Assembly (NCBI GenBank): GCA_951406725.2
Contig: OX597822.1
Span: 22,320,001 to 22,384,000, forward strand
Reading direction: 5' to 3'
Source of the DNA: Octopus vulgaris
Lineage: Eukaryota
Length of the DNA: 64,000 nucleotides
A program made the translations under genes and the position numbers. Position 1 is the stretch's first letter, and each line of letters opens with the position of its first letter. Shown piece by piece: positions 1 through 13,524 of this stretch. The notes beneath the pieces are model-generated. The model was given only the letters and a program-made list of their open reading frames with translations. It was not told the DNA's origin and ran no database searches.

Positions 1-1691
1 GCAATCAGGAGACACTGTAAGATGTTTTATCTAATACCCTATTGATTCTGCCAACTTTACATCATGCTTAATCTTAACAACAACATCAGTATGATCATAT
101 ATAGGCTTTAACTACTTTACTATATCAATGTTATTTATATTATGAGCATAAGAAAAATAAAGGACAAAATCACAGTGGTGTTTGAACCCAGAATGAAAAG
201 AAGTGCACAATAAATACCAAAGTGTATTTTGTTTGATGCTCTAAAGATTCTACCAAACCACCTCCCTTTAAATAATTTGTATTAAAAGTACATCCAACTG
301 ACACTCATGATCAAGTACAGCGTGTTAACATGTACTGTTCTTTTACTAGTTGTTACAGGTGTCTACATGGTCAGGAGCTAATATAATCACCCTCAAAGCT
401 CCATCAACCTCGATCCAGTAGCACATCCAGGATGGATGAAGCGAAGGCTGCACTAACATTTAGCTGCTGCTCGTTACAGCTGAGTAGGCCGAAGCAACAT
501 AGAATAAGCTGCCTTGCTCAAGGACATAACACAAAGCCTGTTCCAGGCACTGGACTTATGGTCTTATGAACATAAAGTAAACACCCTAACCATTAGGCTA
601 TGCACCTTATATAACAAAAATAAAAAGTGATTAATTATTTCAAGATTTATTTTGTTATTCTTGTTTGTCACCTGAGGGAACACTTTAGATAATGTGAAAA
701 GTTACAGCAAAACTTTTTTTCCATCATACGATTTTGAACTACCTTGCTGGTGACTTAATTTTATATCAGCAGCCAAAAATCTGTTGATGCAAAAAGATTT
801 CTTGCAACTAAGTCATACAGCTACTAGAATTATAATTTCGACTATAGATCTTTGGTAAATTCTCCAGATAGAACTTGTCCACATGTCTGCACATAAATAA
901 AAATTCAAATCTCCTTCTATTTTAGATTTGTTTATGAATGCATGAAAATGTTTTATTTTCCAACCAGGAAAGTTTATATTTTATGTATTCAACTGTTAAT
1001 AATAAACAGAATATTGCATTGTTAGCTGTCAACCAGTTGACTAAATATCTGTTGTTGTTATTGCCTAGCACATGTGATCCTTCACTGAGCAGATCTCTGG
1101 TGAAAAGCATTCTAGTAGTGGTCATTTAGTATGAGAGAACACATAAAGGCATCCTCTTTTGGCTTGTTGACTGTTAAGTTATTGGTTCAAGTATCTTTGG
1201 TCCCACCAAATATATTTTGATGGTTCTATATAATGAACTTCTTTGCATCATTTTGTTTCGAATTGAACAAACTTAGTAAATTCTAAATAATGACACAGTA
1301 GCATTTCCCAGGGTTGCCTTCTGCATGATGAAATATACTAAAGTAGGGAAGCTAATGTGTTTAATGTTGTGCTAACCCCAAAATTACTCTCATAATTAAA
1401 ACAAAAATCATTATAATTATTGATAATTCTTGTCAAGAAAGTCACAGGAGCCAAATCTAAAATTCAGTGGGCTCAGTGCTTTTTATGTGGCACTAGCACA
1501 GGTGAGGTCAGTTTTGGCCTGATTTTTACAGCTGAATGCCCTTCCAAATGCCAACCACTTTACAGTGTGGACTTGATGCTTTTTACATGGCACCAGTACT
1601 GACAGGGTTACCAAGTAACTTACAAGACAAGGAATTTTGAGAGGGGTAGGCGTATTGGAGGAGGGGATCTTGTCAGATGATGAAAGATTGC

Positions 1692-2015
1692 CTGAAGAGA
1701 AACTAGGAGACAGGTATATCTAGCCAAGGGAGAAGCAGAAAAGGAGTTTGCCTATGTTCATTACCGTGAAGATCAAAGAACTAAAGTGTTTTGGATTGAA
1801 AGACTGTGTGAAAGAAAATCGTGATGTCATAGGAGAGAAATGTGTCTGCATGGATGATGGTGCTCTTGCATTTAAGGATTCTGCAAAGAAAGAGGCTTGG
1901 AGTTGGCATTATGAAATACTGCTGAATGTGGAAAATGAATGGGAGGAAGAGAGCTTGCCAATGGTTGATGCAATTGATTGACCAGCTACCTAAATAGACA
2001 GCAATATATTGGATA
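1692..2015 (+). mobile_element. RTE-clade LINE ORF fragment (EN-RT linker)
   Basis: ORF 1748-1981 (ENRDVIGEKC..MDDGALAF..LLNVENEW) aligns to the RTE ORF at 62103-63800 (ENRDVVGEKF..MDDGSLAL..LLNKENEW). Confidence 0.85.
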
Positions 2016-2060
2016 GGTGCTATCCCTTAGTTGGTTTCTCAACCTCTAACTCACAGAGAA

Positions 2061-2095
<35 letters not shown>

Positions 2096-2310
2096 TGAGA
2101 ATAATATAACATGAGGAAGGAGTATATCAGGTTTTAATAGTAGATCACAGTATTTCTTTCTGCACTGCACAACAGTTTTAAGTTCCCAAGTTTATATTCA
2201 TATTCCAATATAGAAGATCATTCTTTATAATTATTATATAGCTGAATATTTTTCAGCAACAAAGTGTGGATACTTCATTGGGTGGAATACGATAGATTAT
2301 ATAATGGGTA

Positions 2311-2645
2311 ACGATCCCTTTCGGTCATGAGTGATTATGGGATTGCACCTAGAAAGTTACCCTCTGAGGCACAAGTCTAAGCAAGGATGCTTTATGGAAG
2401 ACCAGCAGTTGCCCATGTATATTAGCCTCCCTTCTCCACGCCACCAATGTTATCCAAGGGAAAGGTGAAGGCCAATACAGCTTGGCAGCATTGACCTCGC
2501 AACTCATTTCTACACCTAAGTGAACTGAAGCAATGTGAAATAAAGTGTCTTGCTCAAGAACACAATACAAAACCTGGTTTGGGAATCAAACTCACTACCT
2601 CACAATTGTGAGCCTGACACTCTAACCACTGAGCCATGAGCCTTC
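2311..2645 (-). mobile_element. tRNA-derived SINE
   Basis: Minus strand begins with A-box TGGCTCAGTGG and B-box-like GTTTGATTCC, then GTGTTCTTGAGCAAGACACTT; an internally deleted relative lies at ~4763-4885 (+). Confidence 0.75.
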
Positions 2646-2659
2646 ACATTGATTATTTG

Positions 2660-2693
2660 TATATACATACATATATGTATGTATGTAGGTATG

Positions 2694-2790
<97 letters not shown>
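2660..2790. repeat. (TA)n/(TG)n compound microsatellite
   Basis: Directly visible. Confidence 0.95.
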
Positions 2791-2791
<1 letters not shown>

Positions 2792-3842
2792 AGGATGCCT
2801 ATATCTATATGTGTTTCTGTCTTCTTGTCTATGATAGTTGAAAATGAGCATCACAACAACAAGTGGTGTTGTTCATTTTCAATCTTCCATGGAAATACAT
2901 CTGGTCATGGAGAAATACTACCTTACTTGGAAATAGATGTGGTATGGTGGTGATAGGAAGCACATTAGGCCATAGAAAAAAAATCTACCTCAATGAATTC
3001 CACCTGCCCTATGTAACATTAAACATTAAAATGATGATGATATATATGCACTCAGGTATATACATACACACACACACACACATATAGATGAGTGTTTATG
3101 TGTGTGTGTGTGTGTGTGTGTGCATGTGTGCACATGTGTGCACGTGTGTGTGTGCATGCATGTGTGTTGATATTCTTCATGATATAAAATTCCTCCAATC
3201 AGAGATAAAAGTTTTCTCTATATCTTCAACTTGATAGGAAATTAAAAATATTTATTTTTAGACATTATCTTATTGATATTAGTATATTATCTCAATGTTA
3301 TCTACTCTATATGATATCTAAGGCTATCATGATGACATTTTTAATATCTTTCATAAACTGATAAATCTCTGAAAATAAAAATTATGGAATATTGACTTCT
3401 TTGTTTTACATTCCTTCTTTTTATACACACACACACACACACTCACATGCATGTGTGGGAATGTGTATATGGATGTGTATGTGTAAATAGATAGATAGAT
3501 AAATAGATAGATAGATAGATATTGATTTTGTGTGTGCGTACATGTGTACCCATATGTATAGTCGTGTTTCTGATCATTCATGCAATCCTACATATAATTG
3601 GCTCAATAGACCATCTTACATTGACTTTGGCAATAATAATGAAGAAAACTTTTAACACGCTATACACAGCATAACTTACTGCACACAAGACATCATAGTA
3701 GCTGTGTATAACTTTAAGCGTGACACAAAAGCAAGCCTCAGTAACTCCTCTAGTAGTTTTCCTCAGGAAGTAATGACAGTAATTTGCATTTCCTCAAGAT
3801 AATATCTGGAGATAATTGTGAGAGACAAATGTGTGTGTATTG

Positions 3843-4148
3843 TTGTTTGTTCCTTCTCGAGCCATGCCTGGCTCATAAGAGCCAGTTTCCCAGTTTCTTG
3901 GCGTATAGGTTCCCCACCTGGATGGGATGCCGGTTCATCGCAGGTGAGCTGCAAGATGCAGGAGGAAAGAGTGAGAGAAAGTTGTGGCGAAAGAGTCAGT
4001 AGAAGTTTCGCCATTACCTTCTGTTGGAGCCGCGTGGAACTTAGGTGTTTCGCTCATAAACACACACATCGTCCGGTCTGAGATTCGAACCCATGATCCC
4101 TCAACTGCGAGTCCACCGCTCTAACCACTAGGCCATGTGCCTCCACAC
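3843..4148 (-). mobile_element. tRNA-derived SINE (tRNA-Arg-like head)
   Basis: Minus head GGCACATGGCCTAGTGGTTAGAGC..CTCGC..GGGTTCGAATC; second copy at 12854-13153 (+). Confidence 0.85.
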
Positions 4149-4219
4149 ATATAGAGAGACGAAATACTGCAAAGCCTTTCGGCCAGCGTGCTGACATTTC
4201 TGCCAGCATGCTACATTAA

Positions 4220-4442
4220 TGTGTGTGTATATATTTGCGTGTCTGTGTTTGTCCCCCCAACATCACTTGACAACCGATGATGGTGTGTTTAGGTCCCTGT
4301 AACTCAGCGGTTCGGCAAAAGAGACCAATAGAATAAGTACTAGGCTTACAAAGAATGAGTCCTGGGGTTGATTTGCTTGACTAAACGCGGTGCTCCAGCA
4401 TAGCCACAGTCAAATGACTGAAGCAAGTAAAAGAGTAAAAGA
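4220..4442 (+). mobile_element. 3' half of the microsatellite-containing SINE family
   Basis: Matches 7060-7248 (GCGGTTCGGCAAAAGAGACC..GGTGCTCCAGCAT..AAGTAAAAGAGT). Confidence 0.8.
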
Positions 4443-4999
4443 GACATATACCCAAATATTTTCTATTCCTGCTTATTATCATCAGAGGAGGTATCCAGAC
4501 AAAACTCCAGTCTGACTGAAAATGACTTCATTCAATAGATTAAACACATCAACATGGTACTAATTAAGATAAAATTTCAGCACATCTGTTTAGAAGAATG
4601 TACTTAAATAGTAATAGTTTCTTTCCTTGGGAGAACCTCCCAGGGGTTTGACAATATCTGTTACAGAAATAATTATTGATAACTATCTCAGCATCAGTAC
4701 CTATGTCAATAGGTACTTGCATGATGAACTCTTGGATTGTCATAATTTTCTGGTTGGTACCAGAAGGCACATGGCTCAGTGGTTGCCTTTCCCTTGGATA
4801 ACATCAGTGGTATGGAGATGGGAGGCTGGTATGCATGGGCGACTGCTAGTCTTCCATAAACAACGTTGCCCAGACTTTTGTCCCTCTGTGATACCACCTG
4901 CATTGTCTCCAGAAGTTATTGAACCTCATGGTATGGGAGAGAAGGCTAACTACGCACTGCTGTGAAGATGGTTACTAATAGAAGACCTCTTGTATGAAG

Positions 5000-5640
5000 C
5001 ACCTGTGAACAAACGGTTATTGAATTTACTCTGTCTGAGAACTTCATTCTTTGTATTTCCAGCTCCTTGAATCAACAGGATAATTATAATGGAAGAAGAT
5101 ACCCCAAAAGTATCATAAAAACCTTCCTTCCATTATAAAATGGTGACCCCAATCTAAAAGGATTTTCAGCAGCTGAAAGCTTCTATTGTTAAAATGGCTC
5201 ACCCGAATGAAGAACTTAGTTTCTAAATGCAGCAACGAGAGGACATAGTTCAAGCAAGCTGGCCATCTACTTCGCATCCTGAGTTTGAATACCAAAGTTT
5301 TGCCATTGTTACAATTCCTAAAAGAATGAGCTTCACACGTGGACGACTTCACACCTTATCTTCCAGTTGTTGAATGTTGTAGATATTCCCACTAGCTTCT
5401 CTGTGCTGTGCCTTGTGTTTTTCTATGTTTGTGTGTTCACTCTTCCTCGAAACAGAAAAGTGGTACAAACTTATACACACGGATGAACAGAAGAGAAGAA
5501 CCGCAAATTCTTCTCCTGCTCGTTTTCACCTGAGGTACCATGCTCCGTAGACGAAGTAAACAAACGCCATGTTGAGAAATAATGAAAACTGCTAGGAACG
5601 AGCCAGTAAACTTGTAATGACGAGATTGTTTCCTGACGTT
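5000..5640 (-). mobile_element. Possible decayed L1/Tx1-like LINE C-terminal fragment
   Basis: Frameshifted minus peptides (ILLGIVTMAK../..KLRMR..LHLE..NN.SF..W) resemble L1-clade ORF2 ends; weak. Confidence 0.35.
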
Positions 5641-6859
5641 TCATTTTTGCCATTTTTCCTGTTGAAGCCTGCAGCCATCGTTCCCATTGACCACCATGTT
5701 CAAATGCCTCAATTGTTGTCAGAGACGGAAAACCACCAATTTGCCAATTTCTGATGCCATCTTGAAAGAAAAAAAAAAAACAGAACAAATATTTTTTTCA
5801 GTGGACTGTAACACAAGTTTGGCAACTAAAAAAAAATTTCTTTTACAAATTTTATTAGGGAAATTTTTTAATGCACACACATTTAATATTCCAACAACAC
5901 TTTTGTCAGTTCTTTGGTCCTTTTCTCTGTGAAAGTTTTGTACATTCCCATACTTTTTTCCTTTTTCCTTTCTTTCCTCTGTAAACAATGAGTCTTCCCA
6001 GCTTGCCCATGTACTCTGGTGACATCACACTTTGGTTTACTCAATTGGATGCATATTTTTCCACCCATGCTGTACTTCACCAACAGCAAGCTACTTATCA
6101 TACAGCCACTCCTGCACCTATGACACAGCCACTCCTGTGCCTATATGTATAACTTTTTCTTTCTTCCTTCTCACATTGTTTCTCCTAGCACTTCATGTTC
6201 AGGTATGAAGTTCACACAGTCCTGCATTCTTAATCAGTAGCAGGCAATTTCTTTTTTGACTTAAAGGAAGCAAAACTCTGCTTTCTCTCATTTATTTCTC
6301 TCCTTTTAACTTTTCTTTAAAGAAGAGCACTGTCCGAAACATTGGATTTTCCACTCCTCCTGGTGACTTCACTGAACTCTTGATATATACCCATTATATG
6401 ATAGGTAACTTTGGCAGTATACTTGTTGATACCATAGGTAATATCAGGAAATATGACACAAATACAATAATAATAATTCAACTTTTATCAAATTATTTTT
6501 TGGCTCATATGAAATGATAACATGATGCTAATTTTCAAAAGAAAAATATTTATCACCTGACAATTAAATAAAACAAATTTATTATTTATATAACTTCTCT
6601 CATAATTTACTCTGTCTCTTCCTCATCATCCTCATCCTCTGTCTCAAGGATTCTTTCTTTCTCACTGTATGAGTATTTGTGTAATCTTCTTTAATACATT
6701 GGCTGCCACCAAATCTTGCATGTGCACTCATCCTGCACTCTTTATTTTAACTTTCTCTGCATCTCTCTTTTATTCTCTCCCCATTTCTCAATATGATATA
6801 ATGGGTGACTAGCAAAATCAACCAACTAGCATTTATATGATTATTATCATATACAGATA

Positions 6860-7248
6860 TAGGTGCAGGAGTGGCTGTGTGGTAAGTAGCTTGTTTACCA
6901 ACCACATGGTTCCGGGTTCAGCCCCACTGCGTGGCACCTTGGGCAAGTGTCTTCTACTATAGCCTCGGGCCGACCAAAGCCTTGTGAGTGGATTTGGTAG
7001 ACAGAAACTGAAAGAAGCCTGTCGTATATATGTATATATATATATACGCGTGTGTGTGCTTGTGTGTCTGTGTTTGTCCCCCTAGCATTGCTTGACAATG
7101 TCCCCGTTACTTAGCGGTTCGGCAAAAGAGACCAATAGAATAACTACTGGGCTTACAAAAGAATAAGTCCCGGGGTCGAGTTGCTCGATTAAAGGTGGTG
7201 CTCCAGCATGGCCGCAGTCAAATGACTGAAACAAGTAAAAGAGTAAAG
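6860..7248 (+). mobile_element. Full-length bipartite tRNA-derived SINE with internal (TA)/(TG) tract
   Basis: A-box TGGCTGTGTGG, B-box GGTTCAGCCC, CTTGGGCAAGTGTCTT core, 3' half ending AAGTAAAAGAGT; several copies in the window. Confidence 0.88.
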
Positions 7249-7313
7249 GAGATATGAACACACGTAGATACATAAGCAAACAAGTATGCATACATACATA
7301 CATGTATATATAA

Positions 7314-7340
<27 letters not shown>

Positions 7341-7344
<4 letters not shown>

Positions 7345-7508
7345 CATGCACACACATATATATATGTATAGATATGCATTCGTACATACATGTACACACA
7401 TACACGCATATATATATATATATATACGCATATATATATATATATGCATTCGTACATATATATATATATATGCATTCGTACATACATGTACACACATACA
7501 CACATACA

Positions 7509-7588
<80 letters not shown>

Positions 7589-7656
7589 TGTATGTGTGTA
7601 CATGTATGTACGAATGCATATCTATACATATATATATATGTGTGTGTGCATGTCTC
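7341..7656. repeat. Inverted duplication within a compound microsatellite
   Basis: GAGACATGCAC..GATATGCATTCGTACATACATGTACAC..ACGC mirrored by GCGT..GTGTACATGTATGTACGAATGCATATC..GTGCATGTCTC. Confidence 0.85.
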
Positions 7657-8696
7657 ACACATATAATTTTATATGAAATATACTCAGTATGGAGCTGAGA
7701 GGACCATAGATCAAGAGAGAACTCAATACATTTGTGAAGGAGAATGAGTATGATTTTTTAGTAGCAAATAGCCCTTTGGATAATTCCTTTCATGGGTCCT
7801 TTAGTAATAGTAAACTGAAGTCTGCTTATTATGGGCATATTTTGTACACATACCTTCTTTTTAGAATATACAGGGTAGCTGGTTATGTCAGGCAACACAT
7901 ATAGTCTCTGTATTAGTGTGTTTATGGATGCATGAGCAAATTTACTTTTGTTATCACAAGATTAGTTTTGGCTGCATGTTATCCATTACAGTTGTGCCAA
8001 ATTCTGGATAAGATAAGATTTTATTACACCATTCATCGATTCATACATTAACATTCATTGATTGATACATTAATTTATGGTTAACTTTACAGAACTTCTA
8101 GCAAATAGGTTAATATCTCAGAGAGAAATCTTGTATGATTTCAGTACAATTTCATGAGTCATGCAAAATCAGATGTTTGTACATCCACTGCACACTGATC
8201 AAGGCCAGGGTAAGTTAGTGTATGGATCCTAAATAGTAACCTTGCCATTTTCTTGAACTTTAAGCACCTGATTTTTGAGTGCAGAAGAACCCATGTATCA
8301 AGATTAGCTGGTATATGTTGGAGCACACAAACTTGTCACTTCTGGTGTTTCTAGGTGTGTATTTTACTAGTTAGTTCACTTATAATTATTTCTACCAATC
8401 CAGCAGCATGTTTGAAGAACCAGTGAATGGAAATCAGCTAGCACAGGGCTGAGAGATAAATGAATACAAAGACTCCACTATGAATTATTTTACAATAAAT
8501 TTGATAAACTGCTAACTGGCATGCTTAAGACATATAGAAGACCCATTCTAGAAGACGTCAAATTAGTAGACCATTCCACAGGAGATACTCATTTAATTCT
8601 AGTTCAAATCGAAAATACAAAGTTTAATTGCCTAAAAATTCTGGAAATTTACAAAGATATAATATTGTCATTTAAGCAATTTAAAATATCTAAATA

Positions 8697-9130
8697 TAAT
8701 AATAATAATAATGAAATTATTGTATACAGGTCTCAGGTGCACCACAACTTGTCAGAAAGTGCGTATAAAGCATATGCAGTAATGTACAAATGTCTGGAAA
8801 GCAAACAGTGTATGAGTCAGATACATGCTTGCGTGTGTCTGGAGGGGAGAAAATCAGGTGTAGTGTTGGCGAATCTCAGGAAGCATGGAAGTTTTGAAGG
8901 ATGCAGTGCTCCGACAACTAATAACTGATGCCAGCAGTCTGTTCCATGTTTCAGCAACTCTTAGCGTGAAAAAATGTTTCCGAAAGTCATGGGAGCTGTG
9001 CTGTTTTCTGACTTTGTAAATATGTCCACGGTTGTTAGACAGGTGGAGTTTGAAAAGGTGCTCAGAGTTATTGTTTGTAAGATGGTTAATAATTTTATGG
9101 GTGTCTGCCAAGTCAGCTGCCAGACGTCGG
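8697..9130 (-). mobile_element. CR1-clade LINE 3' fragment with (TTA)n tail
   Basis: ORF 8854-9150 has typical CR1 C-terminal motifs RGH..K and RKHFFTLRV..WN.L, followed by a 3' UTR and simple-repeat tail. Confidence 0.85.
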
Positions 9131-10965
9131 CAGATACACAACCCTAACATAATATAGATTTGTTTTGTGGTCTAATGTTGTAAATGAAACTATATTCATT
9201 CGAACAAGTTACATGTGCTATAGTTTCATTTACAACATCAGGTTGAAACTGTTTACAATAAAATCTTTCTTACCTGTGTAAAAATTCTAATTTGATTTAA
9301 TGGGTATAGCTACATTGTCTATAACATATCAATAAAAATCTGATTTATTTTATTGATTATAATTTACGAGCAAAATGATGTTCAAAATTAATTATGATGA
9401 GCTCAATGCATCAAAAATAGAAAAATAGAATGTTAAGTCTGTTAATTTAGCATCGGAAAATGAAAAGCAAAATATAAACAATGCAGTAATCTGTCTATTT
9501 GGCATTGTCATTTAATTTTATTATTATAATTTATTTAATTTAATGTTCATTGGATCTCTGAAGTATGAGTATTGAATGAGCCTTAAACACCCACAAAAAT
9601 TGAAGATGGTATATAGCACTGGGGCCACTGAAAATGCGAAAACCATAGCATATGTTATGTTTGTTACTGGCTTCATCTGATACTATCCTTGCATCTCACC
9701 ATTCTGTGTTGTTATCACAAAGCTAAGGTAGACAAATTGTTCAGTTTGGTGTTTACTTGTAAAAGTTAAAATGATAGATTGTTGCTTTAATATTTGCATT
9801 CACAAGCGACAAACATTTACCATAACACGTTTCTTATAGATTTGCATTTTATATTATAAAGGATGTTTCTGTTCCCTTTATCAGATTTTGACAAATATCA
9901 AGGAGAAGATTTCCAAAAAACGAAACAGAAAAAAAAAAATACAGGATCTAAACATATGTGCATACACAAACAAACATATGAAGTTACAAATACATACACA
10001 TAAAAATATACGTATATTGATATATATGCACATATATTTGCATGTGTATAAGTATGATGAATATTTTAAAACAAACTCACACATATATATACATACAAGG
10101 TTGTGGGTAAATGTATGTGTATGTTGGTATATGTATGAGTATTCACATCTACATACTATATAGTTTACATGCATATAAGTAATTGTTCATTTATGCACAA
10201 CTATATGAAAGTGTATGTCTATATGTGTATGTGCATGTGTGTTACTCATGCATTGTTAACACAACCACATTCTCAAACATTCTCATATTTTTCTTATAAT
10301 CTTCACAAGATTAAAATTCAGTAGTGAATGCATTGCTTTCACTTGTAAGCAGCCTTTTATTTGTTCATTGTTGTTGTTGTTGTTAGTAACAACAACAACA
10401 ACAATAATATCCTATTATTGATGTGAGATTAACTAAATCCAACTTAACCATTGTTGGAAAGGAACTAAGCAAGTTGAGCTGATAAGTGAACCAAATAGAA
10501 ATTATGAAAAATAAAAACTACAAACAGAAGAAAAAGGAAAGAAGTTGGTTTAAAAAAAGCCTGAGAAATTTTTAAAGAAATTTACAAATAAATATTCAAA
10601 CCACACACCCACATAGAGAGAAACAACACACATGTACATCCATAGAATACATGTCCACAAACATACGTTTGTATGAGTGAATGAGTGTGTGTAGGCTTGA
10701 TGGTTCGAATGGGAGAAATAGAACCTAATACTTAAAAAAGCGTATATATATATTCCTTTTAATGCTTAGCTATAAAATTACATAAGTGACTCAAAGGCCC
10801 ATAGTTTCATGCAAGTATTTCAATAGGCTTTTTTGTGAAACTCTAAGCTCCTAAATCACTTATGTGGCTGTATAGTTAAGATGACATATGTATATATATA
10901 TATATATCTATGTATGTTTGTATGTATCTATGTATATATGTGCATGTGTGTGTGTATGTATATAT

Positions 10966-11500
10966 ATCATCATCATCATTACATCCACTTTTCCTTTTTG
11001 CTTGGGTTGGATATGTCTTTTACAACACTGCATTCCTGCTTTTGTTGTATTCTTTTGTCATCTTTATGATATTCAGCATCCTGGAATTAGCTTTCATCTT
11101 TTCTAAGTATGCTTTCCATGGTCTTCCAGTTTCCTTTCACTTGGATCTCCTGGCACTTCTTTCCTTATCTATAATCCTCCATATTCATTATATGTCTGCA
11201 CCAATGCAGGCTTCATTCTGTCACATTACAATTAATTGTTCTTATACACAGCTTATCCCTCCATACATCTAATCCATCTCATTCATGCACACTAGCCTGT
11301 ACATCCAGTAGAGTATGCTAGCTTTATTTCACTCCAGCCTGCACACATCCTCCATATTCAGTGCCCATGTCTCATTGCTATGCAGTTTTGCAGTTTCTAC
11401 ACAAGCAACACAGAAATTCTGTTCTACTGCAAAAAAAAAAATAGCCTACTTATTACCAGCAGAGGTAATGGCCCAGTTCTTATCATGACCAACCCATGCA
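10966..11500 (-). mobile_element. Heavily degraded RTE 3' fragment
   Basis: (CAT)n tail on +; GCCCATGTCTCATTGCTATGCAG resembles the LHGSETWA region at ~61890-61920. Confidence 0.55.
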
Positions 11501-11799
11501 TACAAACATAAGCGTTTCTCTAGTTCAAAGTGTGAAATTGCTTTTGTTATCTACATTCCCATGATGAAGCATTGCATCTTTGTCAGAAATCAGCTCCTTT
11601 CTTGCAGGAAGACTCCAAATAATTAAAAATAAAAGAGAGAACACACAAATGCACACACATACACACATGCACACACAGACATGCACACACCTATCGACTC
11701 CAGGAAATAAGGAGTTGTCTGCATTTAACAAGACCATATCTCACAATGCTTTTGCAGTGTCAGTTCTAGTACCAACATTTGAGTTACTGGAGTGAACAT

Positions 11800-12516
11800 T
11801 TGATGAAATCTGCATCCAAACATCAAAACTAGAAAGGTACTGACCCCCACTGGCAACCTCCACATTAACGGTGACACTGATAGTGTTTATGTGAGATGAA
11901 GAGATGGTGGTAGAGGCATAATGTCAGTCCAAATAGCCTTTGAATGTCACAGTGTATCACTTGGACAACATCTGCTTATTGGTAAAGAAAGAAATGAGTC
12001 CATTACATGCATATTCAAAAGTGAGAGTAATAACATCTTCAGAGTTAGGGAAGAACTACTGAGCAGCTACTCTGAAAATACTACTGACTTATGCAATCCA
12101 AAGAAGGCTGGACTGGCCTACCTAACATAAGCTCGGAGGAGAAGCAGACAGCATCATCCAAGCAGAAAGCAATGTATGGGTGCATATCCTGTAAGGTAGA
12201 GGATAACAACATCATTGACAGGAAAAGTACTCTCTCTTGGATCTGTGATAGATGCATTACATTCCACCAACAAGGATGTGCTTTTGCTATCCAGGAACAG
12301 GAGATAGCTACAAAATACCTGATAAACTAGAGAGACAGAGATACCATAAAACCTCCACATTATGATAGAAAATGTTGGCTCTGTATACCAGTGTGGAAGA
12401 TATCATCCACAACACCTACAGCTGTTCTCAAAATGTCTACGTGATACTGCTTACCCATGAGGGATGATATACTTGTAAAGACTATTTACAATGCTATCCA
12501 CACAAAGGATTGCCCT

Positions 12517-12587
<71 letters not shown>

Positions 12588-12850
12588 CAGTGGCTTGTCA
12601 GAACCAGCATGTATTCACATCTTTAAAAACAAGGGATACTAGTGGAGCACTCCAATAAAAACAACAATTCAGCACAAACAGACTTGATATGGTTCTATGG
12701 GACAAAAGTCATGCACTGTTGTTGAGGATAGCTGCCTGGTAGAAGTGAATGTGCCACTAAAGTATGGGAAAAAGAGAACATTTATGGTGATTTAATGTGG
12801 AACATACAGCTCTTGTACCCTGACTATAAATTTTCATTTGTTCCTGTCAT
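11800..12850 (+). mobile_element. Degraded Dong/R4-type LINE (C-terminal Zn-knuckle/RLE region)
   Basis: Peptides AFAIQEQEIATKY, KCWLC and MRDDILVKTIYN match the A-I-Q-D/E-Q, CxxC and RHD motifs of R4/Dong elements; interrupted by (CA)n at 12518-12570. Confidence 0.65.
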
Positions 12851-12853
12851 CAT

Positions 12854-13153
12854 GTGAAGATACATGGCCTAATGGTTAGAGCAGCGGACTCGCAGTCAAG
12901 GGATCACGGGTTTGAATCTCAGAGCGGGTGATGTGTGTGTTTAAGAGTGAAACACCTAAGCTCCATGCAGCTCTGGCAGAAGGTAATGGAGAAACTTCTG
13001 CTGACTCTTTCGCCACAGCTTTCTCTCACTCTTTCCTCCTGCATCTTTGCAGCTCACCTGCGATGGACTGGCATCCTGTCCAGGTAGGGAACCTATACGC
13101 CAAGGAAACAGGGAAACCAGCCCTAATAAGCCAGGCATGGTTCAAGAAGGAAC
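12854..13153 (+). mobile_element. tRNA-derived SINE (same family as 3843-4148)
   Basis: ATGGCCTAATGGTTAGAGC..GGGTTTGAATC head; body reverse-complementary to 3843-4148. Confidence 0.85.
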
Positions 13154-13524
13154 AAGCCTATCATCATAAGTGCATTAGGCTATATACCTACAAATTTACA
13201 CAAAACTCTAGAAATTCCAGTATTTTCTGAGAGAGAGAGATAGCAAAAGAAACTGACATGCACTCTCCAAATCCAGTCCATTAGCAGCATAGGGAAGATT
13301 TGAAAGATATTCCAATGATTCTCCATCTGAGATCCCTTAGATGAATAGATGCACACACTTCAACATGTGCATCAGCAGTTCAATGAAAACACCAACTCAG
13401 CCACATGTTTACAGACTCTGGGAACCCTCTAAACTCAATAAGTCTTGTTAATTTATCAGTGACCAGCTTGAACTCTCTTAAGAAGAACAAATAAAACTCA
13501 AAGAAACATACATACATAAATACA

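Noticed and set aside
4070-4148. tRNA genes at SINE heads (also 12854, 6860, 26525)
   Set aside because: Imperfect cloverleaves that continue into SINE bodies present in multiple copies.
9355-9428. Peptide NLRAKMMFKINYDELN resembling the aminopeptidase N-x4-GFYRVNYD motif
   Set aside because: Lacks the conserved G, R and W, runs into a stop and has no convincing splice sites.
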